Assembly: GCA_973895155.1 (NCBI GenBank) | Contig: OZ316899.1 | Location: 5,211,241 to 5,275,240, forward strand | Length of the DNA stretch: 64,000 nucleotides | Origin: Marsupella aquatica | Lineage: Eukaryota > Plantae > Marchantiophyta | Direction of reading: 5' to 3' | In this document: piece after piece, positions 25,008-37,541 of the stretch | Layout: each line of letters begins with the position of its first letter | Numbering within the stretch: the stretch's first letter is position 1 | Position numbers and translations under genes: made by a program | The notes under the pieces: model-generated | The model's input: only the letters and a program-made list of their open reading frames with translations | Told to the model about the DNA's origin: nothing | Database searches by the model: none

Positions 25008-28000
25008 TGTCAAACACTTGCCAAGGAGCTTAAGCGGCTTTTCTCCCCAAAAGACTACCTAATACCTGCTCCATGTCATACCAGGGTCACAAAGGATTGA
25101 CAAAACTTCTGAAGTGTGCTTACAATGTCCAATCACTCCATACATAAGTAGTTTCAACTCTCCACTTCTAGAGAGGTAGTCCCCTTGACTACTTTTGTAC
25201 TCACCCCTTCCCCTCTCCTCTACTCCAAGGATCAGCAAGGGGGATCTCCGCTCCAAGCTGTCACCTTAGAGTAGATTCTCACACAAACACCCAAGAACCC
25301 AAAGTACTTTCCTCTTCAAGCTTAAGTCTCCTCAAGACCCTCAAAGTAGTGTTACCCCTCAACCTTGCCCCCCTGGCCTTGGTTTGGGTCCACACATCCC
25401 CTTTGAGCCCTAGAGAAGGCTCCTCTATCTAAGGACTCTTCCTCTTGTTCTTACTTCTTGTTAACACCACACACCAAGCAAAGTACTTTCCACCCTCAAG
25501 CTATAATCCTCTCTAAGTCTCAAAGTAATGCTATACCTTAACCTTGCCTCCTTGGCCTTGGTTTTGTACTAGCACATCCCCTTCAAGCTTAGACCAAGAT
25601 TATACCATAGCATGGACTCTTCTCTTGCTCTCATATACTTCAAATGCACTCACACTTAATGGTCACAATGAAGATTGGTAAGTCTCCTTTTATTGCATCA
25701 CCTTTACAACAAAAGTTCACTACACATTCTCCACACTAAGCATGGACCACCTCTCCTTTCTCAAGCTTAGCCCTACCTTGGCAAGGTAGAGATTTCACTT
25801 AAGAGATGAGACTCCCGGTCCCTAACAAATGAAAACTTCCTCCTTATATACTATCTCCTTCCACATCACACCAAGCTTGACCTGGGGTCCAACTATACCT
25901 CCCCCAAGTCCTCCTAACACACAAAGTCCAACTCTATAGTTCATAGCCCACCCTACTACTTGCTATTTTGCCTCCTTCCAAGCCCTGGAATATGCCACAC
26001 ATGAGTGGTATGCTTTGACTTCCAAACCTACTCCCACTTATGGTCCTCCTCACCAGCTTACCAACCCACTTGAAATCTCGCAAAAAGAGTGAGTGAGTCT
26101 CAAGTTGTGCCTAGTCAAAGTTGGCCTTATTTTACTTGTAACCCCTTTACTACCCTAAGTAAACTACCCCCTATATTTACTTTTCTTAACTTGATGGCCT
26201 TACACCTTTGGCCAAAGGTAAGTACCCTTCTCTAGAGCCTAACTCAAGTGGTATGGGTGCAAGAAAGGTCAGCCCCTAAATCTGGTATTCATTCCCCTAT
26301 GCCGACTTTGGTTTGCAAGTTGTCGGGACTCCCTCGTGGCCTCGGTTAAAAATATATTTGAGTGATTACTTTTCTGGGGTTCCACCTTCACCAGGGGGTG
26401 CCTTATCTTCCCCTAACTCAGCACAAAAAAATTTGGGCCCCAACGGATACCTCTAGCCAAAGTTATGCCCATTCTCCCAAGGCCTGTTTTTGGTGTAAAG
26501 CGGGTGTAAGCGGCGGCCCGATTACACTTACCTTACATGCCCCTTATGGGGATTCCACGTGTCATGAGGGGAGAGCACTCTCATTATACTCATGTTTCTT
26601 ATGAAGAAATTGTAAGGACAGCAATGTTTGCAGCCATTTCTCTCTCGTGAATTCAATCTAAAACCACAGCATTCTCTATTGGATTCTTTCTTGTGCAGCA
26701 GTCCAGCTGATCAGCCGCCAGCCCCTCAATTTCACAGCCACCATAGCTCACAGCCAGCCTAGTCAATTTCGCAGCTAGCCCACCTCTTCAATTTTGCCGC
26801 TAGCAACACAGTCAATTTCGCAGCTAGCAGCACAGTCACATCAGCGCATTTACAGCACAACAACAGCAGATTTGAAGCACAGCAGCAGCAACCATAGCTT
26901 GATTCCTTCTCAGTCAAGCAGGTCTCTCTTCTCAATTTCGTAGCTGCCCACCTTTGCAATTTCGCAGCTAGCAGCAGCATCATTCAATTCAGCAGCATCA
27001 AGGCAGCAGCCAGCCAATTCTCATGAGCATCTCGTGCCTGATTAGTAGGAGCACCTCTAATCTAGTGTGCAGCTGTCATAGCAGCAAGCAGCCTTCCCAA
27101 TTCAAAGCCAGCAGCGATCCTAATTTGCAGCCATAGCTCTTTTCCTTCTCAGCAGCCATAGCTTCTTCAATCAGCAACAGCCCTTGCTTCTTCAATCAGC
27201 AGCAGCCATTTCAATTCAGCCGCCCTTCCTTCAATTCAGCCGCCCTTCCTTCAATTCAGCCGCCCTTGTGCTCAATTGATTCCTCAAGTAATCATGCAGC
27301 ACCTTTGGACAGCCTCCCGGTGCTTGACGTCCTCACCAGCCTCGTGCTTGCTCCTCCTTGCCTCGTGCTCGCTCCTCCTTGCCTCGTGCTCGCCGCGTGA
27401 TCGTCGCCCACGCGGTTTACACTTAGAAAAAAATACATTTTTTTTTGGAAAAACAGCATTTTGGGGCGATTTTGGACCCCCCTCCAAAACTCACACATAA
27501 GTCCAAAAGGACTTCTGAGTAGCTCCACTGATTCTATGGACATAGGACTATGTCCGGGTTTACTAAGATATAAACAAAACCCTATAACAACTTTTCTAAA
27601 ATTAGGCAAAGAGGGTCAAGTCTTTATGTCTTCCAAAATTCTTCTCAACTTTGAGATGCTCCCAAAAAGTAACCAAGTGTGACAAAGTTGTCCCACAAGT
27701 TTCTAGGGATAGAGGGGACCATACTTAACCCACTTCCAAACTTGGAACCCCTACATTTACCCATCAGCTATTTTTCCCGGGACCCGCTATTTGGTAACTT
27801 TGATTTTTGCCAAAATACTTATAACTCCTAGGTTAAGACCCCACTTGACTTCATACTTTTTCAGGGTTCCCTAGGGACCTCCCAGCACCCATGGGAGAAA
27901 TATCAGCCAAAAATAAGATGTCCGGTGTCGGGTCATTTTTCGGTCCCGACTTAGTCGCCTATTATAACTAAGGACGGACTAGTTTCCTGCCCCTCCTATA

Positions 28001-28190
28001 GTAACTTGCTTACCCCTAGATAACTTTGCATAACTAAATTCCCTCTTACCTCTACTAAGCTTCCCTTCTTACTTAAGTGCCCTAAACCTAGCTACTCTGA
28101 TAGCACTAAAACTTTTTCCCTAACTATTTCCTCTTCTAAACGAAAGAATGTCATGTTTCTCTACACTAGCTGACACTGAGCCATCCCACA
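25008..28190 (-). repeat. element B shared middle LTR
   Basis: Flanked by a PPT on one side and a PBS on the other, with no TSD. Confidence 0.97.
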
Positions 28191-28230
28191 TAGCCCCCTA
28201 CTTAAGTGTGCAGCGTCCCCGCAAACACAC

Positions 28231-31200
28231 TTATTCCTGATTAAAGTACCTTTTCAACCTATCATGATGCACTCTAGTAGGGAACACCTCTCCTTCAAGA
28301 GTAGCAAGCTGAATTGACCCATTAGCATAAACCTGGTGAACAACATAAGGACCCAACCACCGAGTATGCAACTTGCCTGGAAAATGAGCATACCTACTGT
28401 CATAGAGTAATACCAGTTGTCCAGCAAGTAAAGAAGTTGGCTTCTTCAACTTCTTGTCATGATGTTGCTTCACTTGAGCTTGCTTCTTCTTCACTTGCTT
28501 GCTTGCCTCTTCCCGGATTTCCTCCAACTCCTCCAGCTGGTAAGCTCTCTCCATTAAACTCTGGTCAGCCTCCATTCTCTCCTCCACACTTACCCTCAAA
28601 GTAGGCACTTCAAACTCAACAGGTACAAGGGAGTGTTGTCCAAATACTAGGTAGAAAGGACTATGGCCGGTTGTGGTCTTGAAAGCAAGGTTGTAGGAGT
28701 ACACAGCTGAGTATAATTTGTCATCCCAATCAGTCTTGTGTGCCGCCACGGTTTTGTTCAAGATCTTGCCAATGATGCCATTAGCTCTCTCCGTTAATCC
28801 ATTGGCCTTGGGGTGATAGGGGGTGGTCTTCCTATGCTTAATCAAGTAATGGTTAGTGAGCTCCTCCACAACTTCATTCAAGAAGTGAGTCCCCCTATCA
28901 CTAACCAGCTCTAGAGGTGGCCCAAATCTGGTAAAAATCTGTTGATACATGAACCTTGCTACTGTGAGAGCATTATCCTTGCTGGTTGGTCTTGCCTCTA
29001 CCCACTTAGTAGCATAATCAGTTGCAAGAAGGATGTATCGATTCCTTCTAGACCTGGTCACAGGAGTGATGGGACCTATGAAATCTATACCCCACTTCTC
29101 AAAAGGTGCAAGAGGTAAGATGGTGGTAAGAGGGTGATGCCTTGAGTGAGCTGGCTTACCTGTCCTTTGGCAAGGGTCACATCCCCTCACAAAAAGACTT
29201 ACATCCTTATGAAGTGTTGGCCACCAATACCCTGCATCAAGAATTTTCCTTGCTGTTGTTGCACTTGCATAATGGCCACCAGCCTCCTCCTCATGCATAG
29301 CTCTCATCACAATGGAGATTTCCTTCTTCTCCAAACACCTCCTTAGTCTCCCATCAACTCCTTCCTTGTGAAGGACACCCTTCACCAATAAGTAAGGTCT
29401 GATTTTTCTCAGGAAAACAGCAGCCTCCTCTTGGTTCAAATCTCTTGGTAGCCGGGTTGTGAGAAGAAATTGGATGATATCCAAATACCATGTATCTCCT
29501 CCACTTCCCACATGAAAGAGGTCTTCATCTGGAAACTGATCATCCACCTCCTTCAAGTCCTCTTCTCCTTCAATCCTTGAGAAGAAGTCTGCATTCCCAT
29601 GCTTCTTACCAGGCCTGACCCTCACCTCATAATCAAACTCTTGGAGCAACAAGATCCACCTTGCCACTCTACCAGTTACATCAGGTTTATTCACCATATA
29701 CTTGAGAGCATTGTGATCAGTATGAAAGACCACCTTATAGCCCAACAAGTAGTGCCTAAACTTCTTACAAGAGTAGATGATTCCTAGAGCTTCTCTATCG
29801 GTTGGTGAGTAATTCTTTTCAGCTGGTGCCAATAGTCTACTTGCAAAGTAGATAGGGTGATCCCTATTCTGGTCATCAAGTTGACTAAGCACCACACCAA
29901 TACAAAAGCCAGACACATCCACATACACATGAAATTCTCTACTCCAATCTGGTGCTATCAAGATAGGGGCTTCAACCAACCTGTTCTTCAACTCCTGAAA
30001 ACTTGCTAGCCTCTCAACTGAGGGTTCAACCTCAGCCCCCTTCTTAAGCATGCTGGTTAGGGGTAAAGCTACTTTAGCAAAGTCCTTAATGAACCTTCTA
30101 TAGTAGTTTAAACATCCCAAGAATCCCCTCAACTCTGTCACTGAAGTTGGAAACTTGACAGCCATCCAAACAGCAACCTTCTCTTGGTCCACTTCTATGC
30201 CCTTCTTGGATACCTTGTGGCCAAGTAGTATCCCTTCTTCCACACCAAAGAAGCACTTCCCTGGGTGAAGCTTCAAACCAACTTCCCTACATCTTTGGAA
30301 GGTCATCCTCAAATGTTCAACATGGTCCTTCCCCCTTCCAAAAACAGCAAAGTCATCTATGAATACTTCCAAGAACTTTCTCAAGTAGTCATGAAAGATA
30401 TTCATCATCAACCTTTGGAACATACCAGGGGCATTACAAAGACCAAAAGGCATCCTCCGAAAGGCATAAATCCCCCACTCAGTAGTAAAGGCTGTCTTCA
30501 ACTGGTCCTCCTTCCTTATCCAAATCTGGTTGTAACCTGAGTACCCATCTAGGAAGCTATACACTTCCCAACCAGCTACTAAATCAAGTACCATATCAGT
30601 AAATGGAATGGGATAGTGGTCCTTCTTAGTGGCCTCATTGAGTTTCCTAAAGTCTTGGCAAACTCGGATCTTAGGCTTACCATCCAAGCCTGGTTTCTTT
30701 GGTACTATGACAATTGGAGAAACCCACTCACTATTCAACACAGGATAGATGAAACCTGCTTCCAGCAATTTGTCTATCTCTTCCTTCACCATCAAGGAGT
30801 ACTTGGGATTCATCCGATATTGCCTTTGTCTCACAGGTGAAGCTCCTAGCATCAAGTCGATTCTATGCTCACCAAGTTCAGGGTTTACACCAGTAAGATC
30901 CAAGTGACTCCAAGCAAACACATCCACATATTCACCTAGCAAATCTTGGATAGTTTTCTCTTCACCTGATCCCAGGGCATTTCCCAAGTTGAAGGTCTTG
31001 TCTTGCTGGACAGAGATGGTTCTGTACTGCTCAGCTCGAATCACCTCCATCTTGTTCCTCATTGTGGAGTCAAAAGTGCCCTCAAGTTGTGCCAACCTCA
31101 TGCCTCCATAGACGGGTGCATTTTCAGCACTTAACTCCTCCTTCTCCTTGCTTGAATGCTGGTCTTCCTGAGTCTCATCCTCCTCTGAGTTTGCAGCCTT

Positions 31201-34200
31201 CAATTGGTCCTCTAGCTCCTTTATCTTGAGCTTTAACAAGGCTAAGTGCTTAGCCTTTAACCTCTGGTCATTACTCCTTGTCTTGATCTCAACTTGGGCA
31301 ACACCCTTGCTGGTCTGATCAACCTCCTGAGCCATTGTGATAGTGTCTTCTTGGTTGCTCTCCTTGGCTGAGGTCTCAGCCTGCTTCACCTCCTCGAGAC
31401 TGGTCACTTCACTGAGACTGGGCAGAGGTGAATGGCTGGTAAGAGCCTCCTGCTCTTGCTCCTCTCCAAACACTTCTTCTTCAGTCCATTGGCTCACCAT
31501 GTTCAACATGTATACCTCATCCTCATCAGATTCAGATTTGGTACTCAACTCATCGGAAAGTTCAGAATCATATTCATCCAACTCATCAGTAGTCTCTCCT
31601 TGATGCTTGTCATGACCCCATGAAACTGAAGTGGCTGGTTTGCCAAACCTAAACTCCTTCTTGCCCCAATCAGACACTACTTTGGCTCCATATAGCCAAG
31701 GCCTCCCAATCAAGATTGGGTAAGTAGATGGCCTTGCTGGTCTCATCACCAAGTAATTCAACAAGAACTCCTGCCCCCCAATGAGAGTAGGTACTTGAGT
31801 AAGTGTCCCCACCGGTAGCACTCTTGCTCCATTTGCTAGCCTCATTGTCCTTGCTGTTGGCTGAAGTTTCTTGAAACCTAGTTGTTGGGCAGTAGCCTCA
31901 ATCATGATATTCACACCTGAGCCTCCATCAACTGGTACATACGAGAGTACACACCCATTTACTTGAACATCAATCTCAGGTGCTCCAAGGTCTTCACAAA
32001 CCATCATCACATCAGCTGGGGTACCAACCTTTGGAAGCTTCCTTCTTCTCCTTCCTACCAACATCTCCTTCAGTTGCCTCCTATACAAAGGGTTGTCTTT
32101 GATCAGCTGCCCCACTGTAGCAGTAACCAAACAATCTTTCACATCCTTCTTGATGTCATAAGAGGGTACCTTGCTGGTCTCTTTCTTCTCTTCCACCTCA
32201 GCTTTTTCCTTCAAAGCTTTAGCAACCTTCAGGTCTTTGTTGATGGCCTCTTGATGCTCCTTAGCCTCCATCTCCTCTAGTTGCCTCTTGACTTCCTCAT
32301 TCACCTTGGGATAGAAGAGCTTCGGATGGTCTCTCTTGTAGTCACTATCTTCAGCTGGTGGGACTTGAACTTCTGCTCCAACTTCAACTTCGATTGGTGA
32401 CTCCGTTGAGTGCTCCTTTCTCTCCTTCCTCTTCTTCCTCTCTTCCACTCTTTCCTTCTTTCTTGTGGACCTGGTAGACACCTTGTAACACACAGCTTCC
32501 TCCTCAGGTGTCTCCATTCCTGGTAGATCTGGCTGGTTCTCCCCACCAGCAACTTGTGTCACTCCATCTTTGGCCTCCTCTTGCCACTCCATACTCAAGA
32601 AGTTCACTGTGGCTTCACCGGGAGCCTTGGCAACCGCTGGTGGTGGTGCTTCTATCCTTCCTATCATCATCTTGGCAGCAGATCCAATAGGACAGTTGGC
32701 TGTGGTATGACCCTCCCTTTTGCACACAGCACAAAGAGGATAGGGAGCTCCTTGTCCCTGCCTCCTTGGTTCGGGGCAACTGTTGGAATAGTGCCCTGGT
32801 TTTTGACAGTTCCAGCAGATCACCACGGTAGTTCTTGCCACTCCCCCAGGTCCTTGAGGTCCCATTTGATCCACCATCCTTGGTTGAAGACCAGGCATCA
32901 GTTGAGGTGCCATGGGTGGAGCTGGTCTTCCTTGCAAAGTTCTTGGGCCTCCTGAAATCTGGTACACCATCTCCGGGGCTTCTTCATAGAAGTAGTCCAC
33001 CACTTCACTTGCTTGATAAACATCGTTGGACTCTTCATTGACATACTGAACTTGATTCCTCCAACCTTGACACTCTTGAGGTGTATGGCCAAAACTCTTG
33101 CACTTGACACACCATACATGGGCTCTATTCACCGGCACTTTTCTCCTATCAGGTTGCACACCAGCAAAGTGAACTGATAGGGCCTTGAGTTGGTTGGTGA
33201 TCTCACTCATCTTGTTATCCATCACCTTCTTCTCCTTGGTTGCTGGTGTAGAACCTTCCACCAAGTTGAAGGTTGCAGATTTGTGGTGCTTACCACCTGG
33301 CTTCTTCTTGCTGGCTCTCCTCTTCTGGTCGCTTTTTCTCTTTGCCTTCTTCTTCTTCTTCTTCTTCTTCTTCTCGGAGTCCTCCTCAGAATCAGATTCT
33401 GAATCAGAACTGGAACTACTCTCCTCAGATTCCGACTCAGAAGTATCCTCAACTGAACTACTTGATTCACTTGAGCTAGAAGAAGAATCACTATAAGCAA
33501 ATCGCTTCTTCTTTCTCCTACTCTTGGAACTAGAGATCTCAGCACTCCTATAAGACTGAGCCGCCTCAATGGCCTCATCCAACGTATTAGGGTGAGATTG
33601 CCTTACTGAGACACCCATCTTCTTGGGTAGGCTTGCCACAAACCAAGCCAACAACATGGAGTCTACTGGTCTGGGGTCAAGCTTGGTAGCTAACCTTTGA
33701 AACCTTTGCAGAAACCTCCTTACTGACTCCTTGGATCCCATTCTGATCTCTCCCATCTTGATCAGAGCTTCCGATTCTTCTCCCACCTTCCTAAACTCCT
33801 GCAAGAATGCTAGCTTGAAGGCATCCCAATCATTCTTGATGGCATTTGATAGGCTATTGAACCAAGGTCTTGCTTCTCCTCTCAAGACCCCCGCCAAAGT
33901 GGTCAACTTAATATCAAACTCTCCATTGGCTTGGGCTGTCCCAATGAAGTCCTCCAACCAAGCATCAGGATCCTCCTTGGGCTTGCCATGGAATGTCTTG
34001 TACTGAAATCTTGCTCTTTGAGTCACCACCATGGCTGCTTCTTGATCTTCACTTGTGTTGGTAGTGGAAGAAGATGTATCACTCCACCCTACACCAGGTT
34101 CCGCTTCAGCTTGCAAATGAATGTCCACCCAATCTGGTTGCTCCAACTGGTCACCAAAGTTGAAACTAAGAGAGGCTTCTTTTAGTGCTTGACTCCTTGT

Positions 34201-34209
34201 AGTGGGCAT
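28231..34209 (-). CDS. intact Gag-Pol polyprotein of B, copy 2
   Basis: Translation identical to copy 1. Confidence 0.97.
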   Translation of the reverse strand: MPTTRSQALKEASLSFNFGDQLEQPDWVDIHLQAEAEPGVGWSDTSSSTTNTSEDQEAAMVVTQRARFQYKTFHGKPKEDPDAWLEDFIGTAQANGEFDIKLTTLAGVLRGEARPWFNSLSNAIKNDWDAFKLAFLQEFRKVGEESEALIKMGEIRMGSKESVRRFLQRFQRLATKLDPRPVDSMLLAWFVASLPKKMGVSVRQSHPNTLDEAIEAAQSYRSAEISSSKSRRKKKRFAYSDSSSSSSESSSSVEDTSESESEESSSSSDSESDSEEDSEKKKKKKKKKAKRKSDQKRRASKKKPGGKHHKSATFNLVEGSTPATKEKKVMDNKMSEITNQLKALSVHFAGVQPDRRKVPVNRAHVWCVKCKSFGHTPQECQGWRNQVQYVNEESNDVYQASEVVDYFYEEAPEMVYQISGGPRTLQGRPAPPMAPQLMPGLQPRMVDQMGPQGPGGVARTTVVICWNCQKPGHYSNSCPEPRRQGQGAPYPLCAVCKREGHTTANCPIGSAAKMMIGRIEAPPPAVAKAPGEATVNFLSMEWQEEAKDGVTQVAGGENQPDLPGMETPEEEAVCYKVSTRSTRKKERVEERKKRKERKEHSTESPIEVEVGAEVQVPPAEDSDYKRDHPKLFYPKVNEEVKRQLEEMEAKEHQEAINKDLKVAKALKEKAEVEEKKETSKVPSYDIKKDVKDCLVTATVGQLIKDNPLYRRQLKEMLVGRRRRKLPKVGTPADVMMVCEDLGAPEIDVQVNGCVLSYVPVDGGSGVNIMIEATAQQLGFKKLQPTARTMRLANGARVLPVGTLTQVPTLIGGQEFLLNYLVMRPARPSTYPILIGRPWLYGAKVVSDWGKKEFRFGKPATSVSWGHDKHQGETTDELDEYDSELSDELSTKSESDEDEVYMLNMVSQWTEEEVFGEEQEQEALTSHSPLPSLSEVTSLEEVKQAETSAKESNQEDTITMAQEVDQTSKGVAQVEIKTRSNDQRLKAKHLALLKLKIKELEDQLKAANSEEDETQEDQHSSKEKEELSAENAPVYGGMRLAQLEGTFDSTMRNKMEVIRAEQYRTISVQQDKTFNLGNALGSGEEKTIQDLLGEYVDVFAWSHLDLTGVNPELGEHRIDLMLGASPVRQRQYRMNPKYSLMVKEEIDKLLEAGFIYPVLNSEWVSPIVIVPKKPGLDGKPKIRVCQDFRKLNEATKKDHYPIPFTDMVLDLVAGWEVYSFLDGYSGYNQIWIRKEDQLKTAFTTEWGIYAFRRMPFGLCNAPGMFQRLMMNIFHDYLRKFLEVFIDDFAVFGRGKDHVEHLRMTFQRCREVGLKLHPGKCFFGVEEGILLGHKVSKKGIEVDQEKVAVWMAVKFPTSVTELRGFLGCLNYYRRFIKDFAKVALPLTSMLKKGAEVEPSVERLASFQELKNRLVEAPILIAPDWSREFHVYVDVSGFCIGVVLSQLDDQNRDHPIYFASRLLAPAEKNYSPTDREALGIIYSCKKFRHYLLGYKVVFHTDHNALKYMVNKPDVTGRVARWILLLQEFDYEVRVRPGKKHGNADFFSRIEGEEDLKEVDDQFPDEDLFHVGSGGDTWYLDIIQFLLTTRLPRDLNQEEAAVFLRKIRPYLLVKGVLHKEGVDGRLRRCLEKKEISIVMRAMHEEEAGGHYASATTARKILDAGYWWPTLHKDVSLFVRGCDPCQRTGKPAHSRHHPLTTILPLAPFEKWGIDFIGPITPVTRSRRNRYILLATDYATKWVEARPTSKDNALTVARFMYQQIFTRFGPPLELVSDRGTHFLNEVVEELTNHYLIKHRKTTPYHPKANGLTERANGIIGKILNKTVAAHKTDWDDKLYSAVYSYNLAFKTTTGHSPFYLVFGQHSLVPVEFEVPTLRVSVEERMEADQSLMERAYQLEELEEIREEASKQVKKKQAQVKQHHDKKLKKPTSLLAGQLVLLYDSRYAHFPGKLHTRWLGPYVVHQVYANGSIQLATLEGEVFPTRVHHDRLKRYFNQE

Positions 34210-34353
34210 GCCACTCACAATCACCTTCTTATCTCCCTTCTTCTCTTGAACAGCAAACCTGCAAACACACCTCCAAGTCTTGTGGCTCCACTCCAACAAA
34301 AACTGTAAAGAGTTGTCCCCGGCAGCGGCGCCAAAAACAAGGGTGGGACTCTA

Positions 34354-37300
34354 TGTCAAACACTTGCCAAGGAGCTTAAGCGGCTTTTCTCCCCAAAAGA
34401 CTACCTAATACCTGCTCCATGTCATACCAGGGTCACAAAGGATTGACAAAACTTCTGAAGTGTGCTTACAATGTCCAATCACTCCATACATAAGTAGTTT
34501 CAACTCTCCACTTCTAGAGAGGTAGTCCCCTTGACTACTTTTGTACTCACCCCTTCCCCTCTCCTCTACTCCAAGGATCAGCAAGGGGGATCTCCGCTCC
34601 AAGCTGTCACCTTAGAGTAGATTCTCACACAAACACCCAAGAACCCAAAGTACTTTCCTCTTCAAGCTTAAGTCTCCTCAAGACCCTCAAAGTAGTGTTA
34701 CCCCTCAACCTTGCCCCCCTGGCCTTGGTTTGGGTCCACACATCCCCTTTGAGCCCTAGAGAAGGCTCCTCTATCTAAGGACTCTTCCTCTTGTTCTTAC
34801 TTCTTGTTAACACCACACACCAAGCAAAGTACTTTCCACCCTCAAGCTATAATCCTCTCTAAGTCTCAAAGTAATGCTATACCTTAACCTTGCCTCCTTG
34901 GCCTTGGTTTTGTACTAGCACATCCCCTTCAAGCTTAGACCAAGATTATACCATAGCATGGACTCTTCTCTTGCTCTCATATACTTCAAATGCACTCACA
35001 CTTAATGGTCACAATGAAGATTGGTAAGTCTCCTTTTATTGCATCACCTTTACAACAAAAGTTCACTACACATTCTCCACACTAAGCATGGACCACCTCT
35101 CCTTTCTCAAGCTTAGCCCTACCTTGGCAAGGTAGAGATTTCACTTAAGAGATGAGACTCCCGGTCCCTAACAAATGAAAACTTCCTCCTTATATACTAT
35201 CTCCTTCCACATCACACCAAGCTTGACCTGGGGTCCAACTATACCTCCCCCAAGTCCTCCTAACACACAAAGTCCAACTCTATAGTTCATAGCCCACCCT
35301 ACTACTTGCTATTTTGCCTCCTTCCAAGCCCTGGAATATGCCACACATGAGTGGTATGCTTTGACTTCCAAACCTACTCCCACTTATGGTCCTCCTCACC
35401 AGCTTACCAACCCACTTGAAATCTCGCAAAAAGAGTGAGTGAGTCTCAAGTTGTGCCTAGTCAAAGTTGGCCTTATTTTACTTGTAACCCCTTTACTACC
35501 CTAAGTAAACTACCCCCTATATTTACTTTTCTTAACTTGATGGCCTTACACCTTTGGCCAAAGGTAAGTACCCTTCTCTAGAGCCTAACTCAAGTGGTAT
35601 GGGTGCAAGAAAGGTCAGCCCCTAAATCTGGTATTCATTCCCCTATGCCGACTTTGGTTTGCAAGTTGTCGGGACTCCCTCGTGGCCTCGGTTAAAAATA
35701 TATTTGAGTGATTACTTTTCTGGGGTTCCACCTTCACCAGGGGGTGCCTTATCTTCCCCTAACTCAGCACAAAAAAATTTGGGCCCCAACGGATACCTCT
35801 AGCCAAAGTTATGCCCATTCTCCCAAGGCCTGTTTTTGGTGTAAAGCGGGTGTAAGCGGCGGCCCGATTACACTTACCTTACATGCCCCTTATGGGGATT
35901 CCACGTGTCATGAGGGGAGAGCACTCTCATTATACTCATGTTTCTTATGAAGAAATTGTAAGGACAGCAATGTTTGCAGCCATTTCTCTCTCGTGAATTC
36001 AATCTAAAACCACAGCATTCTCTATTGGATTCTTTCTTGTGCAGCAGTCCAGCTGATCAGCCGCCAGCCCCTCAATTTCACAGCCACCATAGCTCACAGC
36101 CAGCCTAGTCAATTTCGCAGCTAGCCCACCTCTTCAATTTTGCCGCTAGCAACACAGTCAATTTCGCAGCTAGCAGCACAGTCACATCAGCGCATTTACA
36201 GCACAACAACAGCAGATTTGAAGCACAGCAGCAGCAACCATAGCTTGATTCCTTCTCAGTCAAGCAGGTCTCTCTTCTCAATTTCGTAGCTGCCCACCTT
36301 TGCAATTTCGCAGCTAGCAGCAGCATCATTCAATTCAGCAGCATCAAGGCAGCAGCCAGCCAATTCTCATGAGCATCTCGTGCCTGATTAGTAGGAGCAC
36401 CTCTAATCTAGTGTGCAGCTGTCATAGCAGCAAGCAGCCTTCCCAATTCAAAGCCAGCAGCGATCCTAATTTGCAGCCATAGCTCTTTTCCTTCTCAGCA
36501 GCCATAGCTTCTTCAATCAGCAACAGCCCTTGCTTCTTCAATCAGCAGCAGCCATTTCAATTCAGCCGCCCTTCCTTCAATTCAGCCGCCCTTCCTTCAA
36601 TTCAGCCGCCCTTGTGCTCAATTGATTCCTCAAGTAATCATGCAGCACCTTTGGACAGCCTCCCGGTGCTTGACGTCCTCACCAGCCTCGTGCTTGCTCC
36701 TCCTTGCCTCGTGCTCGCTCCTCCTTGCCTCGTGCTCGCCGCGTGATCGTCGCCCACGCGGTTTACACTTAGAAAAAAATACATTTTTTTTTGGAAAAAC
36801 AGCATTTTGGGGCGATTTTGGACCCCCCTCCAAAACTCACACATAAGTCCAAAAGGACTTCTGAGTAGCTCCACTGATTCTATGGACATAGGACTATGTC
36901 CGGGTTTACTAAGATATAAACAAAACCCTATAACAACTTTTCTAAAATTAGGCAAAGAGGGTCAAGTCTTTATGTCTTCCAAAATTCTTCTCAACTTTGA
37001 GATGCTCCCAAAAAGTAACCAAGTGTGACAAAGTTGTCCCACAAGTTTCTAGGGATAGAGGGGACCATACTTAACCCACTTCCAAACTTGGAACCCCTAC
37101 ATTTACCCATCAGCTATTTTTCCCGGGACCCGCTATTTGGTAACTTTGATTTTTGCCAAAATACTTATAACTCCTAGGTTAAGACCCCACTTGACTTCAT
37201 ACTTTTTCAGGGTTCCCTAGGGACCTCCCAGCACCCATGGGAGAAATATCAGCCAAAAATAAGATGTCCGGTGTCGGGTCATTTTTCGGTCCCGACTTAG

Positions 37301-37536
37301 TCGCCTATTATAACTAAGGACGGACTAGTTTCCTGCCCCTCCTATAGTAACTTGCTTACCCCTAGATAACTTTGCATAACTAAATTCCCTCTTACCTCTA
37401 CTAAGCTTCCCTTCTTACTTAAGTGCCCTAAACCTAGCTACTCTGATAGCACTAAAACTTTTTCCCTAACTATTTCCTCTTCTAAACGAAAGAATGTCAT
37501 GTTTCTCTACACTAGCTGACACTGAGCCATCCCACA
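34354..37536 (-). repeat. element B LTR, 5'-most copy
   Basis: Same sequence as the other two LTRs, followed by the TSD TGTAG. Confidence 0.97.
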
Positions 37537-37541
37537 TGTAG

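Larger units (their letters stand above)
15662..37536 (-). mobile_element. tandem Athila-like gypsy element B: LTR-int-LTR-int-LTR, period 9346 bp
   Basis: A single TSD TGTAG (15657-15661 and 37537-37541). Three LTRs and two internal regions with identical ORF-track translations. Confidence 0.97.
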
